Shown: positions 50,001 to 59,298 of the stretch, in pieces | Position numbering within the stretch: the stretch's first letter is position 1 | Layout: each line of letters opens with the position of its first letter | Source: a virus | Lineage: Duplodnaviria > Heunggongvirae > Uroviricota > Caudoviricetes | Length of the DNA stretch: 64,000 bases | Virus record (IMG/VR): IMGVR_UViG_3300001528_000136 | Location: 58,906 to 122,905 of that record | Reading direction: 5' to 3' (one strand) | The notes under the pieces: model-generated | The model's database searches: none | The model's input: the letters and a program-made list of their open reading frames with translations, nothing else | What the model was told of the DNA's origin: nothing | Position numbers and translations under genes: made by a program

Positions 50001-51855
50001 AGATGTGCAGTCTAAATACTTATCTGATGAAATTGACCAATAGCAGAGCATTGATGGTGAAATATTCAAAGCTATAAATACTATGGACTAGGGTAGTGGT
50101 CCTAATAGACTTGATTTGATCAAAAGATTATAGAGTAAACATGGATCTAACTGTTTTGAAACTGACGTTGAAAAGATTCTTGGTGCTCATATGATGGCTT
50201 ATGCTACTTAGTAGGCTATGGAAGATAGAATGCCTCTTATTAAAGCTGCCTATATATCACTTGCTGTAATGGGTAACAACTAGGGAGCGGATTATTCATC
50301 TGATGAAAAGTATATAAAAGAGTATGTATAGAATAAAATAAATAAGTTAGCTATAGATGACCCTTAGTTAAGACATCTAAGGGGACTTACAGGATTCTTA
50401 CAAAAGGGTGCTTCATGGATGGCTCTTGCATTTTCTCCACTTCAAATGACATATCAAAGTCTTGAAGGTATTTGGAAAGCAGGTAAATTAGTTATAACTA
50501 GACCAGATGGAAAGGAAACATTTAGTTTTGGTAATATGAGAAAAGCTATGGGTATTGTCTATAGGGATTTATTTCATTATAGTGCAAAACCATCAGTTAT
50601 AGAAGGGTGTAATGCTCTTTACGGAATAAACGATATGGATGCAGCTTCCTTTGCTCAAAACAATAGTACAAATAAGCACGGATTGTTCAACTTCTTTGAT
50701 AGAATAGCTTACCATTGGTCTTCTAGACCTGATTTCTATAATAGAATGTCTATATTTACCGCACAAATGTTAGCAGATGGTAGCTATGATGCACATTCTA
50801 TAGATAAAAATGGAAATTTAGTTTATGATATTAAAAAGGATAAAAGGTTTGAGGCTTTATTTAATAAACCTAAAGGTTCTGAAGGGTATAACAAGGCTAA
50901 AGCTTTATTTTTAGCAACCGCATAGTAGCTAGTTAGAGAAAATGCTAGAAATGTCGATGGAACACTATACACAATAGATTTGGATAAACCAAATTTACCT
51001 AAAGCCTATTCTAATAAGGAATCCGAGGCTATGAAAGCTATTGGTGACACTATGTATGGTTACTATGATAGTTCCAAGAAGTCTTTGTGGTAGTCAACTT
51101 TTCTAGGAGGTTTAATGATGCAAATGTAGACATATTGGTCAGGTAAGAAAAATCAATATCTTGCTCCAGGTGGCATTAAAGCATAGGGTAAATGGGTATA
51201 GATGACAAGTCCAAATGGTAAAAAATGCTTTTATTCAGTAAATGAAAATGGAGATATTGATAACTCATCTATGCCTGTGGAAGAAGGTGACCCTAGAGCC
51301 AGTGAAATACCATTTATGTAGTGGAAAGGTAGATTTGAAGAGGGGGCATTTTTAACTTTATATGATGTAATTAAAAGAACTGTAGGTCATAAAGGTAATC
51401 TAAAAGAAGCTTGGAAAGAAAAATTAGATGGAGCAGATGAAGATTTATAGAAACTATATAAATAGAATATGAAATTAATAACTACAGATTTATTGGGTAT
51501 GTTATTAATAGGCTCTATTTTAGGAGGATTACTAGGAGGATTAGCTGATGACGAAATTAAGAATGCTAAGAAATCAGGACACATGGAAGATGCTATGGCA
51601 GCAACTGCACTCAATTTGATGGCAAAAACAGTTAAAAATTCAGCATTAGATTTTAATATGATAGATTCTTTATTTGGATTTGTTGGAGATTGGAATCCTT
51701 TTTCTATAAGTTATGCCACTAATTAGTTAAGTAATGGATGGAGTTTTCTTACAGGGGATAAGAACTGGGGGTAGACTCTTTGTAGTTCTTTTTCTGCAGC
51801 AAGACAAATGAGACCAGTCCTTAATTGTATTAACTAGTCTTTACAAGAAGATTAA
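47011..51855 (+). CDS. Large cargo protein with PD-(D/E)xK nuclease domain and C-terminal hydrophobic segment (1614 aa, TAG=Gln)
   Basis: Starts MKCNYSY. Contains GDDIH..YPEITV..GRLDLLVIDENGIPHIMDYKTS (47890-47955)..TYQLSTY. Five track fragments are in frame. LLGMLLIGSILGGLLGGL lies near the C-terminus. TAA 51853-51855. Confidence 0.75.
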
Positions 51856-51856
51856 T

Positions 51857-51890
51857 AAAAAATAAGGGCAACTTCCCGAAGGAAATCGCC
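51857..51890 (-). terminator. Intrinsic terminator 3 of 3 for the - strand
   Basis: On the - strand GGCGATTTCC-TTCG-GGAAGTTGCC (C-UUCG-G loop, 2 G.U), then CTTATTTTTT. Confidence 0.8.
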
Positions 51891-51905
51891 ATAAACAAAT
51901 ATCTT

Positions 51906-52094
51906 ATGAGACCTAGAGACAATTTAAATAACAAATATCCTAGATACCACTTTAATAAACTTGGTAAAACTAAACTTACATTTGATACTGTAGATTTAGC
52001 TAACAAATATCTTAGAAAAATGAATTTACTTACTTATACTATCTATCAATGTAAATATTGTAATAAGTATCATATATCTAAATAGCAAAATTAA
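51906..52094 (+). CDS. Small zinc-binding protein (CxxC..H), 62 aa with TAG=Gln or 59 aa with TAG=stop
   Basis: MRPRDNLNNKYPRYHFNKLGKTKLTFDTVDLANKYLRKMNLLTYTIYQCKYCNKYHISK-tag-QN-TAA. Falls below the track length cutoff in code 11. Confidence 0.65.
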
Positions 52095-52137
52095 AAAAAT
52101 AAGGGCAAGCTAATGGATTATTCCATCAACCTGCCCT
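52093..52137 (-). terminator. Intrinsic terminator 2 of 3 for the - strand
   Basis: On the - strand a 16-bp stem AGGGCAGGTTGATGGA/TCCATTAGCTTGCCCT (3 G.U), loop ATAA, then TATTTTTTT. Confidence 0.85.
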
Positions 52138-52183
52138 AAAAAATAAGGGTATGCAGACTCCATTTCTGGAATCCACATACCCT
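52138..52183 (-). terminator. Intrinsic terminator 1 of 3 for the - strand
   Basis: On the - strand a 17-bp stem AGGGTATGTGGATTCCA/TGGAGTCTGCATACCCT (3 G.U), GAAA tetraloop, then TATTTTTT. Lies 18 nt after the last - strand stop codon. Confidence 0.85.
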
Positions 52184-52200
52184 TAAATTGTATATAATAT

Positions 52201-52515
52201 TTAATTATTCTGCAATTGCCTTATTCTCTCTTGACATATATGAATAATTTTCTGATAATCCTCTATTCTAGCTTCATCCTCAGTTTTACCTTGCAATACT
52301 TTAGTCCTATAAATACGCTTAACTATATCTGCATCCCAAGGATTTAATTTCCAATCTTGCCAAACTGACCAAGGTTGAATAACTGACTTAGAATAATTAC
52401 TTTCTCCTACATTATTATCTCTAACATTAGAATCATCTGGAAGTATTCCAATCTTCTGTAAGTATTTAAAAAGATTAAGATTAAGATTTATATAATCAGG
52501 AGTTATTAATTGCAT
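52201..52515 (-). CDS. DUF3310-like protein
   Basis: NVGESNYS..IQPWSVW..LNPWDADIVKRIYRTK..EDYQKIIH resembles the DUF3310/SaV-like pattern. Confidence 0.55.
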   Translation of the reverse strand: MQLITPDYINLNLNLFKYLQKIGILPDDSNVRDNNVGESNYSKSVIQPWSVWQDWKLNPWDADIVKRIYRTKVLQGKTEDEARIEDYQKIIHICQERIRQLQNN

Positions 52516-52814
52516 TAAATACTATCAGTATTGTTTAAAAACTCTACTATCTTAGACATTTTATTATCTAAATCACCAATTACTCCAACAAATTTTTGAC
52601 AACATTTTTCTTTCAAATCTGGAAACATGTAAGCTGGTATTTCTCCTCCTAGTTGTCTAGCACCTCCCCATTTACCATTCTTTAACTCTGGAGTGTCATA
52701 AAATACATGTAGCTTTCCATAATATTCTAACTCATCAGGATATTTAGGATACTGCTGACGTTCATCCCTAGCTACGTATACCCACCATAGTCTTTTCTTT
52801 CTAGATTGACCCAT
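52515..52814 (-). CDS. Hypothetical protein (99 aa)
   Basis: Complete ORF with 1-nt overlaps on both sides. Confidence 0.7.
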   Translation of the reverse strand: MGQSRKKRLWWVYVARDERQQYPKYPDELEYYGKLHVFYDTPELKNGKWGGARQLGGEIPAYMFPDLKEKCCQKFVGVIGDLDNKMSKIVEFLNNTDSI

Positions 52815-53392
52815 TATTTAATATGTATTTTATAATGAATTTTTTGTAATAAATCATACAAGTTTATAGGTGTAAAATTATTGTTATCCACACCAACATC
52901 GTATTGATTATCCAATCCTATCCAAGGTATGTCTGGTGTACTGTGTACATGACCATAAAGTTGAATAATAGGTCGATTACTTAGTGAATCTGGAAGTGAG
53001 CCGAAAGGAAAGTGGTTCATAATTATAGTTTTCTTTCCTACTCTAATTACTTCTTCCCAAGACACAGATTTGAGATAATTATTTTGTAATAAATTCTCCA
53101 TAATATTTAAATTATCATGATTTCCCATAATAAAGTTTATGTGTCCGTTTAGACATCTTAGAATTTCTGGGATGAGTAATTTATCACCTAAAGCAAAATC
53201 TCCCAAATGATAAACTGTATCACCCTGAGAAACCACTTCATTCCAATTATTTACAAGAGTTTCATTCATTTCTTCAACAGAGGAAAATGGACGATTACAG
53301 TACTTAATTATATTGGTATGATTAAAATGAGTATCTGATGTTACCCAAACATGTTTTGCTTCTTCTAATGTATATTTAACCGTTTTTTGCAT
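52814..53392 (-). CDS. Calcineurin-like metallophosphoesterase
   Basis: Motifs SDTHFNH, HLGDFA, MGNHD, NHFP and GHVH. Confidence 0.9.
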   Translation of the reverse strand: MQKTVKYTLEEAKHVWVTSDTHFNHTNIIKYCNRPFSSVEEMNETLVNNWNEVVSQGDTVYHLGDFALGDKLLIPEILRCLNGHINFIMGNHDNLNIMENLLQNNYLKSVSWEEVIRVGKKTIIMNHFPFGSLPDSLSNRPIIQLYGHVHSTPDIPWIGLDNQYDVGVDNNNFTPINLYDLLQKIHYKIHIK

Positions 53393-53519
53393 AATACATA
53401 ATTAATGTAAATAAATTAAATAACGTTATTATTGTCCAAAAGACGGTTGAATTATTCCAAAATTTAATTAAGGAAGCCGCAACCATAATTAATAAGATAG
53501 TTATTAATAAAGCACACAT
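53376..53519 (-). CDS. Small membrane protein (47 aa)
   Basis: MCALLITILLIMVAASLIKFWNNSTVFWTIITLFNLFTLIMYYAKNG. Fills the gap between two track ORFs. Confidence 0.55.
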   Translation of the reverse strand: MCALLITILLIMVAASLIKFWNNSTVFWTIITLFNLFTLIMYYAKNG

Positions 53520-53521
53520 AA

Positions 53522-54253
53522 TTATTTATTTAAATAATAAAAATAAATAGTAGGTTTATGGCACTTAAATAAATCATTAATTATACTGTAACTATATTTA
53601 GTTTTACCAGTTTGGGTATTAATGATGTTTAAATCAATACCATAACCCACTCCGTCTATACTAGCTTTTCTACGTCTGAATTTTTCAGACATTAAATCAG
53701 TAAATTCGTCATCTGATGAAGTATAATCCATATAAAAGGTAATTTCATCATTATGCATTATATAGGTACCTAGACATTGAGGAACATGAGTTTCACATAA
53801 CAGCTTAATTAGACTATATAAATCAAGTTTATTAAATCTATTTTGATTTATTTGATAGTCTAGAAGTCTTGTATTTCTATATTTAATAGGTTTCTTATAA
53901 TTAAGAATGCCATTAGTTAGATAAAATCCACCAAGCCATTTAGATATGTCTTCTTTCTTCTGAATCCATTTGTAAAACTCTTCTTTAGGATTAAATCTAC
54001 CTAACTTACTACACCTTTGTAAGAATTTAGAATATACCTTATCAATTGGTCTACCTAAATTATGTATTAGAAACTTTTTAATATTTCCATTAACATAAGT
54101 ATAGTCATCATCGTTCCAATTATGTTTACAATAACCCCATTCTTTTAAGTTTTTGGGAACAGTATTAATGTCTTTAAACTTATGTCTTGGAAATTTCTTT
54201 AAAGACCGTTTACTCTTAGTATTACTTCTTCTTAAACCAAATGTTAATGTCAT
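53522..54253 (-). CDS. Hypothetical basic protein (243 aa)
   Basis: Complete ORF with an Arg/Lys-rich N-terminus. No motif recognised. Confidence 0.7.
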   Translation of the reverse strand: MTLTFGLRRSNTKSKRSLKKFPRHKFKDINTVPKNLKEWGYCKHNWNDDDYTYVNGNIKKFLIHNLGRPIDKVYSKFLQRCSKLGRFNPKEEFYKWIQKKEDISKWLGGFYLTNGILNYKKPIKYRNTRLLDYQINQNRFNKLDLYSLIKLLCETHVPQCLGTYIMHNDEITFYMDYTSSDDEFTDLMSEKFRRRKASIDGVGYGIDLNIINTQTGKTKYSYSIINDLFKCHKPTIYFYYLNK

Positions 54254-54254
54254 A

Positions 54255-54581
54255 TTAATTAATACATAAACTAAGTTCTGTTATTTTGTCTTCTATGTCA
54301 GATATTTGCTTCTCTAAGTCAATTTTAGAGGCTTTATGTTTATTTATTTCTCTAATTGTATAAGCTAATTTTCCTTCTTTTACAGACTTTAAATATGATA
54401 AAGCTTCAAGTTCTGTATTAAAACAATATTTATTATATATTTTATATTCAACTTTATGATTACTACATGGACTATAATAAATAGTACATCCATCAATATT
54501 ACACCCTGTAATTCTAGCCTTAATTATTTCCTCTTTTTCAAGGACATATATTAAGTCACAATACTGCCATTGTTTTAACAT
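54255..54581 (-). CDS. Hypothetical protein (108 aa)
   Basis: Complete ORF with a C-terminal coiled coil. Confidence 0.7.
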   Translation of the reverse strand: MLKQWQYCDLIYVLEKEEIIKARITGCNIDGCTIYYSPCSNHKVEYKIYNKYCFNTELEALSYLKSVKEGKLAYTIREINKHKASKIDLEKQISDIEDKITELSLCIN

Positions 54582-54590
54582 AATTAAAAA

Positions 54591-54935
54591 TTAATCCCAT
54601 TCACTTAATACAAAGCAAGTCAATTTATCTCCTAATTCATAAAATACAAACTCATGTTCATTTAAATCAAATACTTGACCAAATACACTACTGTGATTTT
54701 TAGGATTTTCTTCCAGCCAACTTTCTAAGGTTTGTATAACATAACCACTCATACCAAATGGACCTCCAAAATGAAGACCATCTGGTGTGTCAAAAGTAAA
54801 TCCACCATCATGATATACTAATGAACTTTTTATTTGTTCAAGTAATTCTGTTTCAGACATAAACTTACTACCAAAATACATAGATAAAATAACTTTAGCT
54901 AGTTCTATATCTTCTACATATCCATATTTATTCAT
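54591..54935 (-). CDS. Hypothetical protein (114 aa)
   Basis: Complete acidic ORF within an operon-like array. Confidence 0.7.
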   Translation of the reverse strand: MNKYGYVEDIELAKVILSMYFGSKFMSETELLEQIKSSLVYHDGGFTFDTPDGLHFGGPFGMSGYVIQTLESWLEENPKNHSSVFGQVFDLNEHEFVFYELGDKLTCFVLSEWD

Positions 54936-55107
54936 TTTTCTTTGCTTCTTTACACAATACTTCCCAACAGTTATCTTCTAACCAATTCTTTGGATAAATA
55001 GTTATAAACTTTCTATCTGGATTTTCATCTATAATTTGCTGTATTAGATTTGTTAAATCTTTTGAACTACCTTTTAAAGAGTGAAAATTACAAGCTAAAT
55101 AATCCAT
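54928..55107 (-). CDS. Hypothetical protein (59 aa)
   Basis: MDYLACNFHSLKGSSKDLTNLIQQIIDENPDRKFITIYPKNWLEDNCWEVLCKEAKKNE. Fills the gap and overlaps both neighbours. Confidence 0.6.
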   Translation of the reverse strand: MDYLACNFHSLKGSSKDLTNLIQQIIDENPDRKFITIYPKNWLEDNCWEVLCKEAKKNE

Positions 55108-55555
55108 AACCAGCGCCTTCTAATGGTCTTAGACACTTCTCTTCTAAGTCTCTTTCTTTCATTTCAAAATCAGGTAGAACAAGTTGAACAATCTTATTAA
55201 AAATGTCAATAAATTCTTCAGTAGTGGAACAACTTTCAGCTAATGAATAAGCTTCTGTCGGATAATATCTTTCACTCTTATTTACATATTCTTCTTCAAT
55301 AATACCTTTATCTACTAATATCTTAGTATATTCAGGTTTTATATAAAATTGTTCATATTCAGTACAGCATTCTTGACAAAAATCAAAACTTAATTTATTA
55401 CAAGCTATTTTATAAGCTGTTTCAATTTGTTCAACTGGATAATTAGCTATCATGTGAAAGTCTTCACTATGCCCATGACCATCATTGGAATAATCACCTA
55501 ATGTGAAACAGATATTATGCCAATTAACTACAGTATCAGATAAATTATTATTCAT
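55088..55555 (-). CDS. Hypothetical protein (155 aa)
   Basis: Complete acidic ORF containing FTLGDYSNDGHGHSE. Confidence 0.7.
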   Translation of the reverse strand: MNNNLSDTVVNWHNICFTLGDYSNDGHGHSEDFHMIANYPVEQIETAYKIACNKLSFDFCQECCTEYEQFYIKPEYTKILVDKGIIEEEYVNKSERYYPTEAYSLAESCSTTEEFIDIFNKIVQLVLPDFEMKERDLEEKCLRPLEGAGYGLFSL

Positions 55556-55934
55556 TATTTAAATAATTTTTAATTATTTCTGCATCAGTCTTATCATCTA
55601 TTTCTCCATATTCTTTTTCATAGTCAGAAATAGAATCTCCATACCATTCCCAATTATCAACTCCACCTGCCTGTAGAGCATTTAAAGTATAAGAATCTCT
55701 AATTAACTTAGCTAACTTTTCAGCACTAACAAATATCTTGTTTAAATCAGTTACTTTGAAGTTTGAATTACCCCAAGGATAACTTAATTCATTAGATGAT
55801 ACTGGTAAAGGATTTATTGTATTTTCCCAAACACATGCTGGAAAAGAATTACAAATATCTAATACATCTTCAATAGAAGTAAATGAATCCTTATCCTCTA
55901 CTAAATATTTGAATGTTTCTTCTACTAAATACAT
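55548..55934 (-). CDS. Hypothetical phage protein (128 aa)
   Basis: Contains ALQAGGVDNWEWY, a motif I recognise from small phage proteins of unknown function. Confidence 0.7.
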   Translation of the reverse strand: MYLVEETFKYLVEDKDSFTSIEDVLDICNSFPACVWENTINPLPVSSNELSYPWGNSNFKVTDLNKIFVSAEKLAKLIRDSYTLNALQAGGVDNWEWYGDSISDYEKEYGEIDDKTDAEIIKNYLNNE

Positions 55935-55937
55935 AAT

Positions 55938-56375
55938 TTAAGCTATTTCACATTTAAATTCAACACCATATTTATCTATGTATACTATACTAATATCAAT
56001 TAATGTATTCCAAGCATAATTTACCTTTTTAGAAAATACATCCATATACTCAGCAACTGCATCTGATACTTCCTGTACAATATCTTTAGGAAAATTTTGT
56101 ACTAATTCTGCGTAGACACAAAAACCTGAACTATCTTTTTTAGATTGCATATAACGAGGTAAATGCCATGCATCATTTAAGCAAAATGTAAAATCAGGAA
56201 CTATATTTAGTAACTTTTTCCATAGTTTTACTAAATCTTCTGCTTCTTGTTCGGTATAATAACCAGTTTCACCAATGCGATAAAAATATTCATGTGGTTT
56301 GTCATCTATATCCACCAAAACCTTTAGTGTAAAATAAGGTTCATACATTGGTTCTTTTTCAATTATTTTTATCAT
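55938..56375 (-). CDS. Hypothetical protein (145 aa)
   Basis: Complete ORF with an ATGA overlap with the upstream gene. Confidence 0.7.
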   Translation of the reverse strand: MIKIIEKEPMYEPYFTLKVLVDIDDKPHEYFYRIGETGYYTEQEAEDLVKLWKKLLNIVPDFTFCLNDAWHLPRYMQSKKDSSGFCVYAELVQNFPKDIVQEVSDAVAEYMDVFSKKVNYAWNTLIDISIVYIDKYGVEFKCEIA

Positions 56376-56881
56376 AATTCTAAAAAGTCTCTAACATCTA
56401 TATAATCAATATCAAAATTCTCAGCACACTTCTTATCAGAATCTGAAAAATCTCCAGGTTTACCAGAAGCATCACCTATCATAATCATATCTGATTTAGC
56501 TACATTATAATTTGCACATGCTTGTTCTAGTAATCCAGTATTTGGTTTTCTGTTAGGATTATTTTTATCTATAGAAGCACAATAGTAACTTCCATAAAAA
56601 CATAAGTTTATTTTTCTTTTTAAATAATCACTACAGAATTGTTTTATACAAAATAATTTTAATTCAAAATCTTCCTTAGTAACAAATTTACCAATACCGC
56701 CTTGATTAGTAATTATACAAAATTGTTTTAAATTAGGTAATTTTTCTATAATCTTATCTAATACAGAAAATTGTATTCTAAAATCTGTAATATCTTCTGG
56801 AAAGGTCTTACCAGAAACTGTTTTAATTAAAGTGCCGTCCAAATCAATGAACAGCACTTTCTTATTTTCAAAATTAATCAT
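56372..56881 (-). CDS. HAD-family polynucleotide 3'-phosphatase (PNKP phosphatase-like)
   Basis: Motifs LFIDLDGTLI, ITNQGGI, RKPNTG and MIGDASG..SDSDKKCAEN. Confidence 0.85.
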   Translation of the reverse strand: MINFENKKVLFIDLDGTLIKTVSGKTFPEDITDFRIQFSVLDKIIEKLPNLKQFCIITNQGGIGKFVTKEDFELKLFCIKQFCSDYLKRKINLCFYGSYYCASIDKNNPNRKPNTGLLEQACANYNVAKSDMIMIGDASGKPGDFSDSDKKCAENFDIDYIDVRDFLEL

Positions 56882-57042
56882 TTATTAGCACTTTCTAAAA
56901 AACAATTACCAAGTACAGCCATAAATAATGTTGCTATTATACCAGCAATAAGATAACTTGAATCTTGATTGTATACACCTAGTACAATTAGTACTACTAT
57001 AGCTACTAAACATACTATATTATATATAAATATCTTAATCAT
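56878..57042 (-). CDS. Small two-TM membrane protein (54 aa)
   Basis: MIKIFIYNIVCLVAIVVLIVLGVYNQDSSYLIAGIIATLFMAVLGNCFLESANK. ATGA overlap downstream. Confidence 0.6.
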   Translation of the reverse strand: MIKIFIYNIVCLVAIVVLIVLGVYNQDSSYLIAGIIATLFMAVLGNCFLESANK

Positions 57043-57619
57043 ATCCTACGGTTAAATCATTTGAATGATATTTATAATATAAAGTATCTAGAATAGGTAC
57101 AATATCAGCTAATAGTGTGGTTTTATGATTAAATGCCCAATCATAATTAGATATATCAGAAATAGGAATCCATTTAACAGACTCTACTTCATCTTTTTCA
57201 CCACCCTCTTGTTTTGTCAGAATATCAACCCTCTTATTTAATATACATAAATGTCTAAGAGAAACATTACCATTGTTACATTTCTCAGGAGCAGTTTCTA
57301 CATTAATTAATTTAAATAATTTACTATTAATATAGACACCACACTCTTCAGCTGTTTCTCTTGCACAGGCAGCAGTAGCAGATTCTCCATTATTTAGAAA
57401 TCCACAAGGCATATTCCACTTACCTTGGTCATCGGGAGTACCCTTACCTCTTTGATTAGCTAATACATACCAGCATTCCTCATCCCCTATGTTCTCATGT
57501 GCTAATATTACACAACTTACTGCAACATATCTACCGCTCCATAGTGTTTTACCTGCATGTTCTCCCTCTATTACTTTGTAAGACCATGTAGGTTCCCATT
57601 GTCCTATTTTATTTGCCAT
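57035..57619 (-). CDS. Nudix hydrolase
   Basis: Nudix box GFLNNGESATAACARETAEECGV preceded by WNMPC. Confidence 0.9.
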   Translation of the reverse strand: MANKIGQWEPTWSYKVIEGEHAGKTLWSGRYVAVSCVILAHENIGDEECWYVLANQRGKGTPDDQGKWNMPCGFLNNGESATAACARETAEECGVYINSKLFKLINVETAPEKCNNGNVSLRHLCILNKRVDILTKQEGGEKDEVESVKWIPISDISNYDWAFNHKTTLLADIVPILDTLYYKYHSNDLTVGYD

Positions 57620-57627
57620 ATTTTTGA

Positions 57628-57714
57628 TTATTTATTCTTAAAATTAAATAATATAAATAGTATCATACCAATAGCTTCTAATGATATAATTATCATAAAT
57701 AATGTTGTACTCAT
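57628..57714 (-). CDS. Very small TM peptide (28 aa)
   Basis: MSTTLFMIIISLEAIGMILFILFNFKNK. The ATG overlaps the upstream TGA. Confidence 0.45.
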   Translation of the reverse strand: MSTTLFMIIISLEAIGMILFILFNFKNK

Positions 57715-58196
57715 TTATAATATTTATATAATGAAGTTACATTTGGATCATGTCCACCATCATAAATACAGATAGTTTGAATAATTCTAGCATTAGGATT
57801 ATACTTTTGTAAAGCTTTTTCTAATTTATCTCTAGTAGTTCCAGAATAAAATGAATCATCAAATAAAATAAATTCATCAGATTCTACATAATTTACTAAT
57901 AAGTTAGCCTCAACTCCCTTTTGTCTTAATCCACCAGGAGCTATAATTACTTCTCCAAAATCATCTGTTAAGAAGTCACAATTATTAATTACAGTTTGCC
58001 CAAAAGCTCCTGTTAGAATTAAACCTTCTCTCCAAAAGTATTCAAGATTATTATTAATATAATCTGTTAGTAAATTGTAACCTAAATTAATAATATCTTG
58101 ATTTTCTCTAATCACACTATCTAAATAATTAAAGAAATCTTCACCACATGGATGTTGTTTTAATATCTCCTCTATTTTTTTATCTAATACTGTCAT
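57711..58196 (-). CDS. Type I phosphoribosyltransferase-like protein
   Basis: PRPP-binding loop FILFDDSFYSGTT. Confidence 0.7.
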   Translation of the reverse strand: MTVLDKKIEEILKQHPCGEDFFNYLDSVIRENQDIINLGYNLLTDYINNNLEYFWREGLILTGAFGQTVINNCDFLTDDFGEVIIAPGGLRQKGVEANLLVNYVESDEFILFDDSFYSGTTRDKLEKALQKYNPNARIIQTICIYDGGHDPNVTSLYKYYK

Positions 58197-58417
58197 TATT
58201 TATATTTATATTTAATTAGTTTGTATAAAGCTTCATTTAAATTAGGAAAATACTTAGATATTATTATACAAATATATGCTATAGCTGTTAATGTATTTAA
58301 GAGAGGGCAGAAAGTGAATAATACCAAATGGTCAACATTAACACCATAATCATAATATCTTACACCAATAACAACTATAGCTATAGATATTATATAAATA
58401 ATTAATCCTATTAACAT
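58196..58417 (-). CDS. Membrane protein (73 aa)
   Basis: Two hydrophobic helices. Confidence 0.65.
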   Translation of the reverse strand: MLIGLIIYIISIAIVVIGVRYYDYGVNVDHLVLFTFCPLLNTLTAIAYICIIISKYFPNLNEALYKLIKYKYK

Positions 58418-59298
58418 TTAATTAACTTTAAATATTCTTCATACATTGGTTTAGCTATTTCTTGAGCCATAGGATGAGCATCAGAAGCACATCTTCTGGA
58501 AAAGAAATTATTCCATACATCTTCAAATCCACAAGATATAAGTTCAGATTTAATGCTCAATGGGAGTACGGAACGTGCTTGCTGAGGAGTCCAGCCTTTC
58601 TGCAACAGATTTTTATAAGCAATCTCTGCACAGTTTAAAGCATTTAGCCATATATATTTAGGAGTTTCATCATCAAAATCCTCACCAGAATAAATCTCTT
58701 TAGTATTCATACTATCTTGGGGTTCCATAGATAACCAACTAGGAATAATAAAAGTAACCTCATTACCAAATTTATCCTTAGAATAGTTGCAATAACGGGT
58801 GCTTTCAGCTAGATGAGATAATCCTACATGTGTTCTGAACTCGTCCATAACTCCCCTACTAAGAATCATATGTACTGTATATCTCTTAGGATAATATTCA
58901 GAATCAGATTCATCTAATAATTCTTCAATCCAAGGATGCTGTTTGATAATTTCTAGAAAATATCTGTAATTAGTAGTTACAAATATGTTATCATCACTAT
59001 CTATAATTTCTTCATTCCATCTTAGCCAGTAATCATTATAAATACCAATTCCAGTTAAAGTGTCTTGCAAGTCTATTAACTCCCCATAGTTCATTTTAAG
59101 ATGAACAGTACCAAACTCAAGAGGTCTATCATGTCCCCTATTTATGAGCATATTTACAAATTTCTCATAAGAATCCTCGGTAATTCTATTCTCGCTTTTA
59201 TAGGATACACGAGCACATCTTTCAATCTGTTTCTTAATTCCTACTAATGAGAAATCTGTTTGATTAATAAATTCGAAAGATTGTTTAACTAGCTTCAT
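58411..59298 (-). CDS. thyX: Flavin-dependent thymidylate synthase
   Basis: IERCARVSYKS, RGHDRPLEF, SRGVMDEFRTH..SHLAESTRY and ARSVLP. Confidence 0.9.
   Translation of the reverse strand: MKLVKQSFEFINQTDFSLVGIKKQIERCARVSYKSENRITEDSYEKFVNMLINRGHDRPLEFGTVHLKMNYGELIDLQDTLTGIGIYNDYWLRWNEEIIDSDDNIFVTTNYRYFLEIIKQHPWIEELLDESDSEYYPKRYTVHMILSRGVMDEFRTHVGLSHLAESTRYCNYSKDKFGNEVTFIIPSWLSMEPQDSMNTKEIYSGEDFDDETPKYIWLNALNCAEIAYKNLLQKGWTPQQARSVLPLSIKSELISCGFEDVWNNFFSRRCASDAHPMAQEIAKPMYEEYLKLIKC

Noticed and set aside
1-51855. Reading the fragmented + strand as pseudogenes or sequencing errors
   Set aside because: There are no frameshifts within genes, interruptions are exclusively TAG, and catalytic motifs are intact. 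Decay or error would also give TAA, TGA and indels.
57557-57775. Plus-strand 72-aa track ORF in the early region
   Set aside because: Antisense to the Nudix, micro-TM and PRTase genes, with no supporting motif.
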